Shown here piece by piece: positions 62,974-64,000 of a DNA stretch of 64,000 nucleotides (positions are counted from its first letter, which is position 1; every line of letters begins with the position of its first letter). Source of the stretch: Phoronis australis. Taxonomy: Eukaryota; Animalia; Phoronida. Location: positions 524,030-588,029 of the forward strand of contig NMRA01000084.1 in the NCBI GenBank assembly GCA_002633005.1, in the 5' to 3' direction. The notes under the pieces are model-generated. The model was given only the letters and a program-made list of their open reading frames with translations. It was not told the DNA's origin and made no database searches. The translations under genes and the position numbers were made by a program.

Positions 62974-63180
62974 CAGTGGCGGATCTACGATTTCAGCAAG
63001 GGGGGGTTAAGATTCCCGCCAAGGTCGAATCCTAGGCGCGTGGCGCCGAGTGGGGGGAGGTCGGCAGGTGGGTTTCCCCTCCCGTGTAAGATATTTTTTT
63101 GGTTTTTGTAGCCAGATAGTGAAATTTCCATGCATCCTGGTAAGTTTCTGGCACGTAACATGTCTCTGGAGTTTTTCTTA
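62974..63180. mobile_element. Left end of a CAGTGGCGGATC-type MITE
   Basis: The terminus resembles the 50889 element. The right end was not found. Confidence 0.45.
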
Positions 63181-63719
63181 AGATAATTAAAAACCCTTCT
63201 CGATTTCGTCACATGAACTTGGCTCATAAGTTTCGTGAAACCATATTGTGCACATCTGGGTATAAGTCACGCCACCAGCAAAAACTTTTGTTGGAACATC
63301 TGCTTACACACACCTTTTGTAGCATACGAAAAGTCGTATACGAAAAAGTGTGGTGTGTATACAGGGGTTTAGACAATTTCCAAATATTCAAGAGCATAAA
63401 TAAGGAGCACCGACCGGGGCGTAAAAACTTGAATATCAGATAATCGCGTAACAGCAGCCTCAAGTTCTTTAAGAACGAAGACCTGTACTGTTAGTCCGGA
63501 AATAAACATGTGTTCTGTCTCGTTACGAGAAAAACTGGCGAATGATGGTGCTCTCAACTCATAGTCTATTATTAAAAGCGAAAATAAATAATTAGTTATC
63601 ACTTTATTAAGCTGAATCACGTTGACAACAATTGAAAAACGTCAAATTTATACGAAACAAATCATCTGAAAACAGTTTCACGAAACCAAAACATCCTGTG
63701 CACAGTGGTGAAAAGATAC

Positions 63720-64000
63720 TCTGGACTAGTTTGCAGAGGGACCAGATGTACACTGAGAGTACGCAAAAAGCTGACCTGGTCCGTCATGAGACCAAGAGTA
63801 CACCTGTGCTTATTATCCGTATAAAAATAGTCGATCTGTCGCGGGACCAAACAGTACTGGCTGAGATAAATAGTTTTACAAAGCACACTTTGGTAAAAAA
63901 AATCACAAGACTAGTTCGCCGAGGGACCAGAAGTACACTGAAACTCAACATTTACACAAATCAAGCTGGCCTGGTCCGTCGCGAGATCTAAAGTGTACTA
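63720..64000. repeat. Degenerate tandem repeat, ~190-bp period, running off the window end
   Basis: gactagtt..agggaccaga.gtacactga at ~63724 and ~63909. aagctg.cctggtccgtc at ~63768 and ~63963. Confidence 0.6.

Overview
AT-rich eukaryotic genomic DNA, probably from an invertebrate metazoan, with GT-AG introns, dense transposon remnants and no prokaryotic features. I reconstructed two convergent spliced genes by hand. The first is a 3-exon + strand MFS transporter of the Nodulin-like/MCH1 type (10631-24608, 459 aa). The second is an 11-exon - strand gene (52574->30505, 458 aa) that the ORF track almost completely misses. It encodes an uncharacterised protein made of four tandem ~105-115 aa repeats and ends in a CaaX prenylation motif (KKDCCIQ*); this is the most interesting item in the window. 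The rest is a layered mobilome: a decayed L1/Tx1-like LINE, an I-group LINE tail, a Gypsy pol relic interrupted by a tandem Helentron-type (HINE) array, two Kolobok derivatives, hAT MITEs with 8-bp and 5-bp TSDs, and Harbinger MITEs. There is one 806-nt gap. Several single-n joins are flanked by near-identical duplicates and are probably uncollapsed alleles.
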